Assembly: GCA_013265495.1 (NCBI GenBank)
Contig: MU062062.1
Location: 2,638,406-2,702,405, forward strand
DNA from: Vicugna vicugna
Lineage: Eukaryota
Length of the DNA stretch: 64,000 nucleotides
Reading direction: 5' to 3'
Part shown: positions 13,101 through 25,100 of the stretch, in pieces
How positions within the stretch are numbered: the first letter of the stretch is position 1
Layout of the letters: each line of letters begins with the position of its first letter
Translations under genes and position numbers: made by a program
Notes under the pieces: model-generated
What the model saw: only the letters and a program-made list of their open reading frames with translations
Database searches by the model: none
What the model was told of the DNA's origin: nothing

Positions 13101-16100
13101 TAGGGGCTGAGCACAGGTGGTCTCAGGAGAGACTGGGATTTGGGGAGGGTCTTGCTGCTCTATCAGCTCTCTGATCCCTGTAGACAGAGGGAACCCCAAG
13201 ACACTATGAATGCGGAGATGACAGATTTAGAATAGAGGTAACCCTGTTTTAGAATAGAGGTAACCCGGAGCTCAGTCTGCAGTCTGGGGCTCTTCCCAGT
13301 GTCACCAGAGGAGGACAACTCTTAGGGTGCGAAAGAGAATCATTTCTGCTACTCTTCTGCCCTCTCTCGAGGCTTCCCAGCAAGGTCACGCACTGGGCCT
13401 GCCCGCCTGCGGGATGCTCGGAGTGCTCTCCCAGAGCAGCTGTCGTCTTAGGTGACGCTGAGATGGGGCGGGCGTGCAGGTGTGACGGCCGGTACTACTG
13501 ACACTGCTCGTTCACGCTGGGATGTGCTGGCAGTCAGACCATCTGCCCCATGGTTCTGTTTTTCAGGAGTGCCAGTAAGTAGCCGGGTGTCAGCAAAAAT
13601 CCAACAGCTTGTCAATACCCTCAAAAGACCCAAACGACCACCATTACGGGAATTCTTTGTTGATGACTTTGAAGAACTGCTCGAAGGTGAGAGAGCTCGG
13701 TCCTACCCTCTTTGCCCAGTGTTTCTGTGACCTTGTTTTTACTTCTTAAGAACAATACTCTTGGTGTTCACTAGAAGAAGAAATACTATCTAGAGATTGT
13801 AGGTACTGTTCCCCAAGGCCCCTGGTCCCCCCTTGTCCTGTGCTCAGTCCCCACACAGCTGGGTATTTTCCCAAATGGACCACTGATGTGTCACCCTCAG
13901 CAGCATGTGATTTTGTCCCATGAGCCAGGCCTCTTTGTAAGGATGCCACGATGTTATAGGAACACAAGTAAATCACGAAACCTTAGCTCACAGCAGCACC
14001 TTCTCTCTGACAAACTCAAGAGGGATGTGAGGTGAGCTGGCAGCCTTCCTGACTCTCTTTATAGATTCAGAAACTGGTGTCTCAACCCCTGAACACTCAT
14101 GAGCCTTTTAACACAAATAATTTAAAGTTGAGATAAAGTACCGCTTATCGTGTCAAACCCAAAGTCTTTACTTTCTTGTTCTTTATACCACAAGTGAGTA
14201 AGACATAGTTGATTTTCTAGCCAGCCAGGAAAACTGTCAGTCATGAATCATGAGAGAAACCTTCCCCAGAAGTCAGAAGAGTAATCTCAGATTCTCACCT
14301 ATCTAAAGAGTGGGACAAATTGTTTTTTATTGGAGGCATTTATTTTCGTTTTACTGAAGAAAATATGCACTGTGCCAGTTATTCATAGTAGTTACATCAA
14401 ATTTGTTTATATCTCAGCATTTAAGGGCAAAATAAAATTCAGTGAGTTTTGAGCCTTTTGAAATCCAAAATTACTACTGTATGTTGATAATTGATGTATT
14501 AAATGTGGCTATTGCAGTCCTAGACTCCAGGCATGTTAAAACGCATAGCTTTACTTGTCAGTTCGTAAGTGCGCTCGGGTCTCCCTAGGTTCCCCATCCA
14601 GACGTTGCCTTGGAAATTGTAAGAATTAATTGCTTTTGTTACATCCATGAGGCTTGTATGTAGGTCATAGCCATAATCCAGGAAAGCATATGTGCATGTT
14701 TTCTGCCCACTAATAAATTGTTTATACCTTAAGTATAAGTCTCCTGGCTTCTTTAAAAAGGATAAAAAAGTGATTGTGCTAATACGGATGTCTTTTTCTT
14801 GAAAACCTTTTGTGTTCAAATGTATTCAGTTCAACAGCCAGATCCAAACCAGCCAAAGCCGGAGGGAGCCCAGATGTTGGCGATGCGTGGGGAGCAGCTG
14901 GGTGTGGTTACAAACTGGCCCCCATCCTTAGAAGCTGCGTTACAGCGGTGGGGGACCATCTCTCCGAAGGCCCCATGCTTGACCACAATGGACACGAACG
15001 GGAAGCCTCTGTACATCCTCACTTACGGTAATCCTGGTGGTCCTCCGCCTCGTGTCTCCTTCCTGTGGGGTCGCCCACCTCACGTCTCCTTCCTGTGGGT
15101 CATCTGCCTCCTGTCTTCTTCCTGTGGGGTCACCCGCCTCACGTCTCCTTCCTGTGGGGTCACCTGCCTCAGGTCTCCTTCCTGGGGAATCATCCACCTT
15201 GTGTCTCCTTGGGCCTGCACACAACTGCCACTTTCATATTTGCTCTGCCCTGTGTTTCCAGTAAGGAAATAAATGGAATCTGAAAGGAAATATTTTTGGG
15301 AAATTGTTTGGTTTGCATGAAAAGCTATTTGTTAAATGTTTTTGAATAAAATCCAGAAAGTGATACAAAAAATTAGATTGTAACTCTGGTAAGATGTTGG
15401 ATTTTACCTCTTGGAAGGTATTGTGATAGTCTTAACATTAAATGCTTTCAAGAAGGGTCAGTAGTTAAAATATATCAGAACTCATTGACCTACATCACTC
15501 AGAAAAAAAAATCTGTTCCAAAGGGCTTTTTCAGAAAGCAAGAGAAACAAGGTTTCCTTTAATTCCTTATTCAGTACTATTAATGTTGTCTGTAAACTTT
15601 TGGAAATAGTTAACTGTACCAAGAGAGATTCCTTATTCTCTGCTCTGTGGATAAGGGGCCATCGAGAAAGCAGATTGGCAGGTCATTTTCACACTCCCTG
15701 CTGCAGTTTTGCAAGGAAACCAGCTTCGTAACTAAAAGACCAAAATGGCCCCAATTGTATCTGCGTGTATGAGGTGAGATTACCGATTTCTAACTTTCAG
15801 TTTTTTTTTTTTTTTTTGACAATAATACTTCTCTAACTGCAGGTAGGAAAGAATTCGATTTCTCCATCGTCAGTGGAAGTCAAGAGCCCAGTGTTACGTT
15901 AAAATATGTAGTCCTGCCTTTTGGTGGGTGTGGGTCCAGGAGGCACATGGACAGAAATGGGGCCCTAAGCATCTCATGGACAGAAATGGGAAACTCGAAA
16001 GTTTTACCATAATCTTTGTCTGAATTTAAGGATTCCACTAAAAAAAAAAATCCTAGAACTCTGAAGTTAGGAAAAGTTGAAGTTGAGAAACTCAGGGCTT

Positions 16101-19100
16101 GGGGAGCACAAGGGATCGAGCCTGTCCTAAGTACCCTTCACGTTCACTGCAGTCATGCAGGGCAGGACCCGTTAGCAGAGGAATACGTGTTGTTGTGCAC
16201 AACGTGAAGTGGTAGTGACTCACTGTTGCCGTGGTCCCTGCCCGACTGAACTCCCGAGAAACCCCCCCACTGCGTCTGTGATGGCAGGGAACGTTCCTGT
16301 GGTTTGCTGTACCTTCTTAGCCCCCTAGGAGTCTCTGTGTTTAGGACCTTATTCTAGTGTTCAGGCTTCTCAGATTTTATGAGTCAAAGTTTCTGGCTTT
16401 GCTTCCCATCTTGATTCCAGGGACTCAGAATAACTTGAAGACTTAAAATGAAAAAATACAGTACTCTCTAATAGGCTAATGTGCACACAGGTACATAACA
16501 GAGAGTGCATATGTCCAATTAGTCGTGTCTTTATCATTTGTATTGACAGGCAAACTGTGGACAAGAAGTATGAAGGTTGCTTACAACATTCTGCACAAAT
16601 TAGGTACAAAACAGGAACCTATGGTGCGACCTGGAGATAGGGTAAGTGCAGTTTAAATTACCGCTTCTGCAAGATACACGGCCTTATGTCGAAAAGACAC
16701 CTACTGTTTTAAGGTTGCAGAGTTCAGTGTCTTCTAATACTCACACTACTAAATCAGGCTTTCTTGACATTTACTATGAACCAGGAGCAGTTATGCAGTG
16801 TGACGTTTAATCTTCACAGTGACTCAGTGAGCTTAACTGTAGTATTTCTCACATTTTATCCATGAGGACCCTAGAACTTGAGAGTGTAGGAATCGTATCA
16901 GATGGAGGTACATACGTAGTAAGTGGTGTGGCCAGCGCTCGCAGCCATTTCTGTATGAACCCAAAGCCTGTGTTCCTAACCCCAGAGGTACGTGGTCTCC
17001 TAGTTGGAAATGTGCTGCGCTGTCTCGCTGAGCAGGCAGGGCAGTGTGTTTAGAACTTCTTAGTGTTAGTGAAACTGACAGCTCGGGTAGCCCTGCTGAT
17101 ACTTCCCTTTTCCATTTTGCTAAATTTCTTGATATAGGCCACTGTCTTTCACTGAAAGACAGAATTTTATTCTCACTGTAATCTGCTAAGTTACTGAGAA
17201 CAGACACTACTATTTCTTTTTTAATGTTACACCCCAGAGCAATTAATAATCTTGCAAGCTTTATACCTGATTTAGATGTGATCTGGGTATAGGACCCAGT
17301 TTTATTGCCTTAATTGTAGTGATTTTTTCCCCCTATATATTGCTGTGTACCTTAGATTCCCCAAGACTGGGTTATCCTGCCTGCCCCCAAAGGACTCCAA
17401 ATGAATTTCATAAAAATATCATTGTAGTGCACCATAAACCAACAAGAGCACAAGCTGTGATGTACTTAAGAAATGTAAAGACATGGGCCCATTATGGGGA
17501 ATTTTTAATAAGATAACTGCAGCCCCAGGATTCTGTGGTGGGCTATAATTCTTTCTGATTTTTTAATGAACAAGTTTGACCTCTGGCTTTTAAGTCAATT
17601 GTCGGTCTCACGCTTCCTCATTATGAAACTTACTATAAAGTCACAGTAATCATAACAGTGTGGTATTTATACAAAGACAGACCTAGACCAAAGGAGTAGA
17701 GAGCCCAGAAATAAATCTGCACATGGCTTTTAGAAAGGATGCTAAGACATTAAATGGGAGAAAAGGATAGTCTGCTCAACAGATGGTGCTGGGAAAATTG
17801 AATTTCCACAAGCAGAAGAACAAAATTGAATCTTTATACCATATATAAAAAAATTAACTCAAAATGGATCAAAGACCTAAACTCCTAGAATAAAATATAG
17901 GGGAAAAGTTTCTTAACATTGGATTTGGCATTGATTTCTTGGATATGACACCAAAAGGACAGGGAACAAAGAAAATTGATAAATTGGATTTAAAATTAAA
18001 ACCTTTTTTGCACCAANNNNNNNNNNNNNNNNNNNNNNNNNNNNNNNNNNNNNNNNNNNNNNNNNNNNNNNNNNNNNNNNNNNNNNNNNNNNNNNNNNNN
18101 NNNNNNNNNNNNNNNNNNNNNNNNNNNNNNNNNNNNNNNNNNNNNAAAAACATTTAAAAAATGGGCAAAGGACTTGAATAGATCTTTTCACAGGGAAGAC
18201 TGACAAATAGCTAAATAAGCCCATGAAAAGGTGCTCAACATCACTAATCATTAGGGAAATATGTATCAAAACCACAGTGAGATAACACGTCGTACCCACT
18301 CGGATGGCTGCTATCAAAAAACAAACTAAGGAGTATTGGCAAGAATGTGAAGACCTTGGAACCCTTGTGCATTGCTGGTAGGAACTACAGGTGTAGCCAC
18401 AGTGGAAAAAAGTGTGATGGTGTCTTAAAAAAGTAAACATTTGATCAAACAATTCCACTTCAGTATCAGAAGAATTGAAAACAGGGACTTGAATAGGTAT
18501 GTCTGCAACAATGGCCATGCAGCACTGTTCACAAAAACCGAAACGTGGAAGCAGCCAGCCCTCCATGGACGGATGAATGGACAAATAGAATGTGGTGTAT
18601 GGTGTATTCATGTGGTGTGGCATTACTCAGCTTTAAAAAGAAAGGAGACTCTGACACTGGCTATAATGTGGGTGGACCCTGGGGACATGCTCAGTGAAAT
18701 AAGCCAGTTATGAACAGGACGAATAGTAGGACTTTCAAGGAAGAATGAAAAGATGTATTTGTCTGTCTGTGCATATGAACCATAACCAGTTACTTAAAAG
18801 ATGATCTGAGTTTGCATTGGCCTCAGGTGCTCTCCCTTCAACTGGTGGCTGGAGATCTGACAGCTTTGCTTTTAAATCTGGATCTGATGAAGCCACAATA
18901 TTCAATTAAATGTCTGTAAGGGGCCAGGGCACCACTGCTGCAGATCTTCCTTCCCTGAAGCAGACCAAAGCAGAAGGCGCTGAGAAAATGCAGAAGATGT
19001 TGCAGTTCCATCCAAAACTGATGGCCAACAGAGGACTAGTTAACTACTGACTTGTTAGCCCTCCCAGAATATCCATCCTACAGGCAGGCGTCTTCATCAA

Positions 19101-22100
19101 GAGCCAGACAGTGCACGGGTCAATCTATTTCCAAGAGGAGATTCCACTTGGGCTCCTAGCCCAGTTCTGCTCAAAGGAAGGGCAACTTAAAGCAGGATTT
19201 AAAATTCCCACTACTTGATCACTCAGGTTCGTGCTGATAAAGCCACATCACTGAGCCTTGCAGAGTTGGGTTAAAACACGATGAAATGTTATGTTTAAAT
19301 GAATAAAAGCAGAGTATAAAATTGTACATTACATGCTCTCAAGAATATAGAAGTAGTGAATAGGGTCAAATAAAGGCTTTTTCAGAATCAACTCTGGGTT
19401 TCTCAAAACTCTGCAGCAGTGCTGAACGGCTTTTTGTTGGCCTCCCAGTTTCATTTCTCTCTCCTTTAGCTGATTTGAGTGAACGGTGGGAGTGCCACGT
19501 CGAAAGACAATCTTCACGTGATCCCAGACTTAATTTTGTTTCCACCAAGTATCTTGTTTTGGTAAGGCACCAACAGGGCCCAGTTTGAGACACAGTCACT
19601 CTGTCCTCAGCTGCCATCTGAGTCCTTTACGCAACCTGCATATTTAGATGTTGAGGTGATGAGGATGTCTTACCCAACTGTTCGTGACAAGGTTAATAAC
19701 GTCTAGTTAGGGCATATTTAAAGAAAAAATGGATTAAATTCCTGAATAAAGTAATGTAAAAATGATATGCATATGCTAAATCATGGGATTTATGTACTTG
19801 ACGATCAACACGGAAGAGGAACGCCGATCCACAGCGGCACATGGGAGGAGCCCGTGTGAGAGGAGCAGCAGGCCTGCGGAGCTTCAGGGGGAATCTGGAA
19901 GCAGGGCTGCTCTTACTTCCTGGAGGGTGCTTCTAAAGCTGGAGAGCTGGAGGGACTGCTCCGGCAGGATAGCAAGTGGACCTGAGTTACGGTAGCTCCG
20001 CTGCGGACACCAACGTGAGCGCCACATGACTTAAATTGGATAAAGTATTCGCCAAACAGTAGGTGACAACATAGGGGAAAAGCTTGACAAATTTACATAT
20101 GACACTGGATGCACAAAGTGAAACAGAAAACATATCAAGAAGTCTTTGCATCAAATGTAAGAGTTAATACTATGAAATATATTTAAAATTCACCCAGATT
20201 TTAGGGGAAATGTCAAAACACGAGTAAATACATAGGCCAAGGAAATGAGAAACAGTTCATACAAGGAAGAAGGAATATAAACCATCTGATGGAAAATTGT
20301 TCTTCATTAAGATATTCTTAAGGACTTACAGAGAACATTTAAAAAATCATACTATCCATTATTTGGTTATTTGGATGGTAATTTAAGTGAACCTTCTAGA
20401 ACTCCGTGAGTACTCCTCATTCTTCAGAGCTGAGCTGGAGAGGCGATGCCCGGCTGGAAGATGCGAGGGCAGGTGTTGACTGAAGCCTCCCCTGGGAGGG
20501 CGGGAAGCCAGGGTGCTGCGGATGCAGACTGACAAGCCCCACCTGTCAGCGCCAGGAGGCTGAGCCGGGCTGGCGGTGGGGTTCACGGCTGCGCGCTGTG
20601 TGCCAGGCGTGGCATGAGCACTTACACACGTTTTCTCGTTGGACCTTTACTGCAACACTAGGATGTAGGTTCTACCAGTATTCTTGCTTTTCAGGTAAGA
20701 AAACCAAGGCTTGGGGATCGGAGTAGAGTCAGCTACCAGCCCGCACATCAGTAAGGAAGTGTGCGGCATTCAGACACGATCGCCAAGGCTCTGTGGAAGT
20801 GCAAGGACACGCATAGCGCCCAGTGGGAACAGCGAAAAACCAAGTGTGTGCAGCAGGGTAGTGTTATCTGTGGAAATAACGTGTCATTGTGGAGGATCAC
20901 GTGCAAACAGCAAGGACAGTTGCGGCCTAGTGTGTGTCAGAGATAGCCCTGGGTGAGGTGTGTGCCTCCCACATAAGTCAGAGGAGGAGCGTCTGCTACT
21001 TACTAAAACACGTATTTTATCAATGACCCTAATTTTTGTTCCAGTGGCACCATGTCCGTGGTTAATCTCTCCTGCTTTGTCGCTCCAGGTGGCGCTGGTA
21101 TTCCCCAACAACGACCCTGCAGCCTCCATGGTGGCTTTCTATGGCTGCCTGCTGGCTGAAGTTGTTCCCGTGCCCATCGAAGTGCCCCTCACTCGAAAGG
21201 TAAAGAACTGGATGTCCGCTCGGCTGTGCCGGAACGTTCTGTTGTGGGGTCAGACACCTAGGGTGTCTCACTGGTTCTCAGCAGAGGGGCAGCACTGACA
21301 CCATGGCGTAGCTCAGCTGCCAGGCGAGCAGAGGTGGGCCTGCCTTGCCTGAGCTAAGTGATCCGCCAGTGAGCACGGGTTCCAGGATCTCGTTCCTCCA
21401 TGTCACTCCACTGAAACCTGGGTAAACGAGGGATTTTTCACTTACTTTTATTTCAGGGGTGACGGTTGTTGCATTTGTTTAGGTGTTCAGACATCGTCAA
21501 GTCCCAGGCTCACCTGTGATTTGTCAGATCTTATTCTGTAACTAGAATAAATGACTAATCTTGCTGTTACAGTATAGGCAGTGTCAGGAATGAACTTTGT
21601 GCACATCCTGCACAACAGTGCGTGTGTCTTTGTCCCTGTGAATGGCACGCCTCCCGCTGCCACTTTCCTGTAGAAAGTGGTTGGGGAACGGTTGCTGTAT
21701 CAGCTTCCTGGGTACGAAATCTGCACATTCCGTGCGTGGCCTCCTGGGCGTGTGCAAGTATCAGGCGGGGCTGCGGGTGGCCCCCGAAGCGGGGAGAGTG
21801 AGCCCTGCAGCCCTGGACCCCAGAACCCTTCCAGTGCCCTGAGGGGGAGGCGCTGGTATCTGCGAGCTTTGCCTCCAGCCCCTCACCTGCCTAGCGTCCT
21901 GGGGGCAGGCCCGGTATGTCTCACAGGTGCTTCCTAGGCTTCTGAGACTTGCCTGCCAGCCGTCTCTGGCATCTCAGGCTGTGACCTGCCAGCTGGCTCT
22001 GTCTCATTCTCCTCCCAGGTCCACTCACACCTTCACTGTGTCACTCTGGACCTCAGGACCAAAAAACCCCTCTTGGAAGAAACGGCGGTTCCCCCCGGCC

Positions 22101-25100
22101 CCCTCTCCCTAACGTTGTGCTGGGACAGAGCAAGAGGCGCCAGATTCTCAGGGAACCGGAGGCTGTGCGTTGGGCCTCGGTCTGTGATGTCAGAGACAAC
22201 ATTCGTTCTTAGAAATGGCGTCAGAGACGACGTTCATTCTTAGAAAACTTTTCATATTTTTAAATAAAAGAATCCGTGGGTGTGGGTACCGTTCAGCCTG
22301 GGCTAAGGTGTGCACTTGAGCACAGGTGAAGAAGTATATGGCTCCTCTGTCTGCCTGTCCTGTGCCCAGCAGGCCTGTCTCAAAATAAAGGGCCTAAAAT
22401 TAACCAAATTTTCCAAGTCCTAACTGTCGCTTAGTGACCCTCACCAAAGTCTCCAGCCCCACGTACGTGTAGTTCTTCCCTGTTCTGATTCTTGGGGTGA
22501 GAGGAGTTCATAGCAGGAGAAGTCAGGGGTCCTCCAACAGTTGAGCTGTGTAGTCGGCAGGGCCGAGAGAGGCGCCAGCAGACGTCAGTGCCATGATGGG
22601 CAGATCTGGACAGGGCCAGCCAGTCCTCTTGAGCTGGCCAAGCAGATTTCCCTCTGCCCCCACCCCCCGGGGAGGAGCAAGGCCGTCAGGGGCTGCGGTC
22701 GTGCGTATTCTGAGTGCAGTAGGACCAGAGACACGGGGGCCCTGAGGCCACAGTCGTCCAGCCGGGCAGGGCCTGGCCCATCAGCGCTGGCCTCTGTGTG
22801 GCTGTAGCAGCAGGACGCCTCTGCTCAGGGGAGTCTCCTTTGAGAGGCACCGCCTCTGGGAGGCTCACCATCCTGCACCGGTGGAGACCGTCTTCCCTAG
22901 ATTCTAGCACACGGCCCACTTGTTTGCTTTAATAAGGGTTTCACATACCCTGTTGGAGTGGAACATCTCTGGAGGGAGGAACAGTGACGTCTTGTCCCAT
23001 ACTTACAACCTCACGAGAAGCAGCCCATGAGCCCTCCCTGAGGAGCGCGTTTTCCTGCAGGAAATCAGAGGGAGTCGGTGGGGAGGGAAGGGAATGGGGC
23101 AGCCGGCGGGGAAGGTCCGCCCAGCTGAATGTGCTTGTGGGATCTATCTTAGAAGTCTCCGGTCTGCATATGTGCCTGTGTTTGGGGTAAGAGAGGAGAC
23201 CTGGTGTGCCAGACGTTGATCACTGTTGAAGCCAGTGATGGGTACATAGGATTCTTTCTCCTTTTCTCTACCTTTGTGTGTGCTTGGAAATTTCCATTAT
23301 AAATAAAAAGTTTTAAGTTAGTTGGCAAAAAATACATTAATGGCATGCTTGTGTTGGTATTGATAAAGAAAATTCCTGGTGTCAGATTTCTTTGATCCAC
23401 TTGGCTGTGTGACCATAATGATCTTCAGACTGACTGGTCTCCAGCCTGCCCTGTGCAGACCCTGCAGGGCAGTGCGTCTGGAGTTCAGCTCTCCGTTTCG
23501 TCTCTGTGTTGCTGTCTTCCCCCACCCCCTGAGGCTGCCAGCTGATAGGTCGGGGATCTGGGCGGACAGGGGTCGAAACTGAGCGAGCACCAGTTGGTAG
23601 TCGTGGGGCCACGAGTTCTTGACCGAGACTGTCCATGAACTCACCTCACGTTTATTAGGGAGAGAATCCTTTTCACAGTAGGATTGATGCTTTCTGTCTG
23701 GGAGACAGACGGAGCCAGGGGCAGGGGTGACAGTGGAGTGCCCCAGAAGTTACCTGCAGAGCCTGCGGGTGCAGAGAGACTGCCTGGCAAGGAACCTACT
23801 GACGCAGCTCCTGTACTGGAGAACGATTGGAAGAGAGAGAAGGCTTTGAACTCAGATGTGGTCCAGCTCTTTGTGAACAACAAAAGAGTCCTTCGTGAGA
23901 ACTTGTGGTCCTTGACGGCTCAGCTCTTCAGAGGAAGGGCCGGCCCCCAGCCCAGGCCAGAAACAAGCCATTCCCGGGAAAGGCACCCAGGAAACGCAGC
24001 GGGAAGTGTCAGGGCCCGAGAGCTCCAGCCGGGAGGGGCTGTTCCTGTTCTTCCCAGGAGGGAGTCTTTCCCACGGTGGCATGGGCCCTCGCGTATCGTG
24101 GCTCAGGGCCCTGTCCCCAGGTCCCTTCTGGGACGGGGGCTCTGCTTCAGGTTCTGGGGTCAAGCTGGGTTAAATTTCAGGGATCCCAGTACAGGCAGGA
24201 GACACTCCGGCCACTCTGAGAACCAGGGAGGGGTCTCATCTCAGCCCGACGGGGGTGGGTGGGTGAGATGAGGTTCCCAGAACCTGCGGGTCTGGGCGCC
24301 GCTGCTCTCATCCCTTCCTCTGTAATTGAGGGTCTTTGGGGCAGACATTAGGAAGACAGGCCCAGGGGACAGCAGGCCTCCACGTGAGCCCTGGCAGCCA
24401 CCCCTGTGCTCCCTCTCCTGAGCCACTCCAAGTGGTCTTTCCTTGACTGTCCCAGAAATTCACAGTCACGGAGGAGCGCCCTCCTGCCGCTGACCCTGGC
24501 TTCAGAACTTGTCTCCCTGCCCCTTTTTGAGGTCATGGTGTTTGGCGATGTGATTTCCAAATTCACGCTGGAGTGACTGAAAAAGTACTGCTTGAAGGAA
24601 AAGTGCTCCAGGGGCCCCGGAAGTGGCACAGTCCCCGCCCGCCAAGTGCCAGGGCTGCAAGGGCGTGGGGGGCTGGCTGTGATAATTCCACGTGGAGAGA
24701 CGTAGCTTTTAAGTGGTCGGTGAGACTGGTGGGAAGCAGCCCCTTGGACGAGCGGTTGATGTTGAGGCTGCCGGTTTCACGCAGGTGAGAACCGCCGTCT
24801 CACGTGAGAGGGAAGACGGTGTCAGCTCAGAGTCCTGACGCCTCTGTTCTAAGAGTGCTGGCTGCTTCCTGCTTCATCTTATTCTCCGACTCTGGGAGAA
24901 TAGCCGCTGGGAGTGCTGGAAGCGAGGAGAGTGCGTTGAGCTGGCTTGTGGGCGGCTGTGCTCCATCAGCCCCAGCACACTTGGTTCCCACAGCACCCGC
25001 CCCGAGACATGCTGGCCACGCAGAGGCCCCAAGGCTTGTGCCCCAGAGCCCTCACTCCACAGGATGGGCGTGCTCTTCACGTCTGTGGTCCACGTGGGTG

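Noticed and set aside
15041-15213. CRISPR-like reading of the 30-bp repeat
   Set aside because: Units are contiguous without unique spacers, there are no cas genes, and the context is a mammalian intron.
17913-18623. 236-aa minus-strand ORF
   Set aside because: It is antisense L1 sequence and is held open by the N gap.
23080-23099. G-quadruplex motifs (also the C-rich run at 4468-4486 and G11 at 54139-54149)
   Set aside because: Frequent in GC-rich mammalian introns; nothing marks these out.
23684-24271. Other 150-230 aa ORFs in GC-rich introns (also 36278..36865, 40130..40816, 45769..46315, 54266..54862)
   Set aside because: Pro/Gly/Arg/Ala-rich low-information translations, overlapping on both strands, as expected by chance at this GC content.
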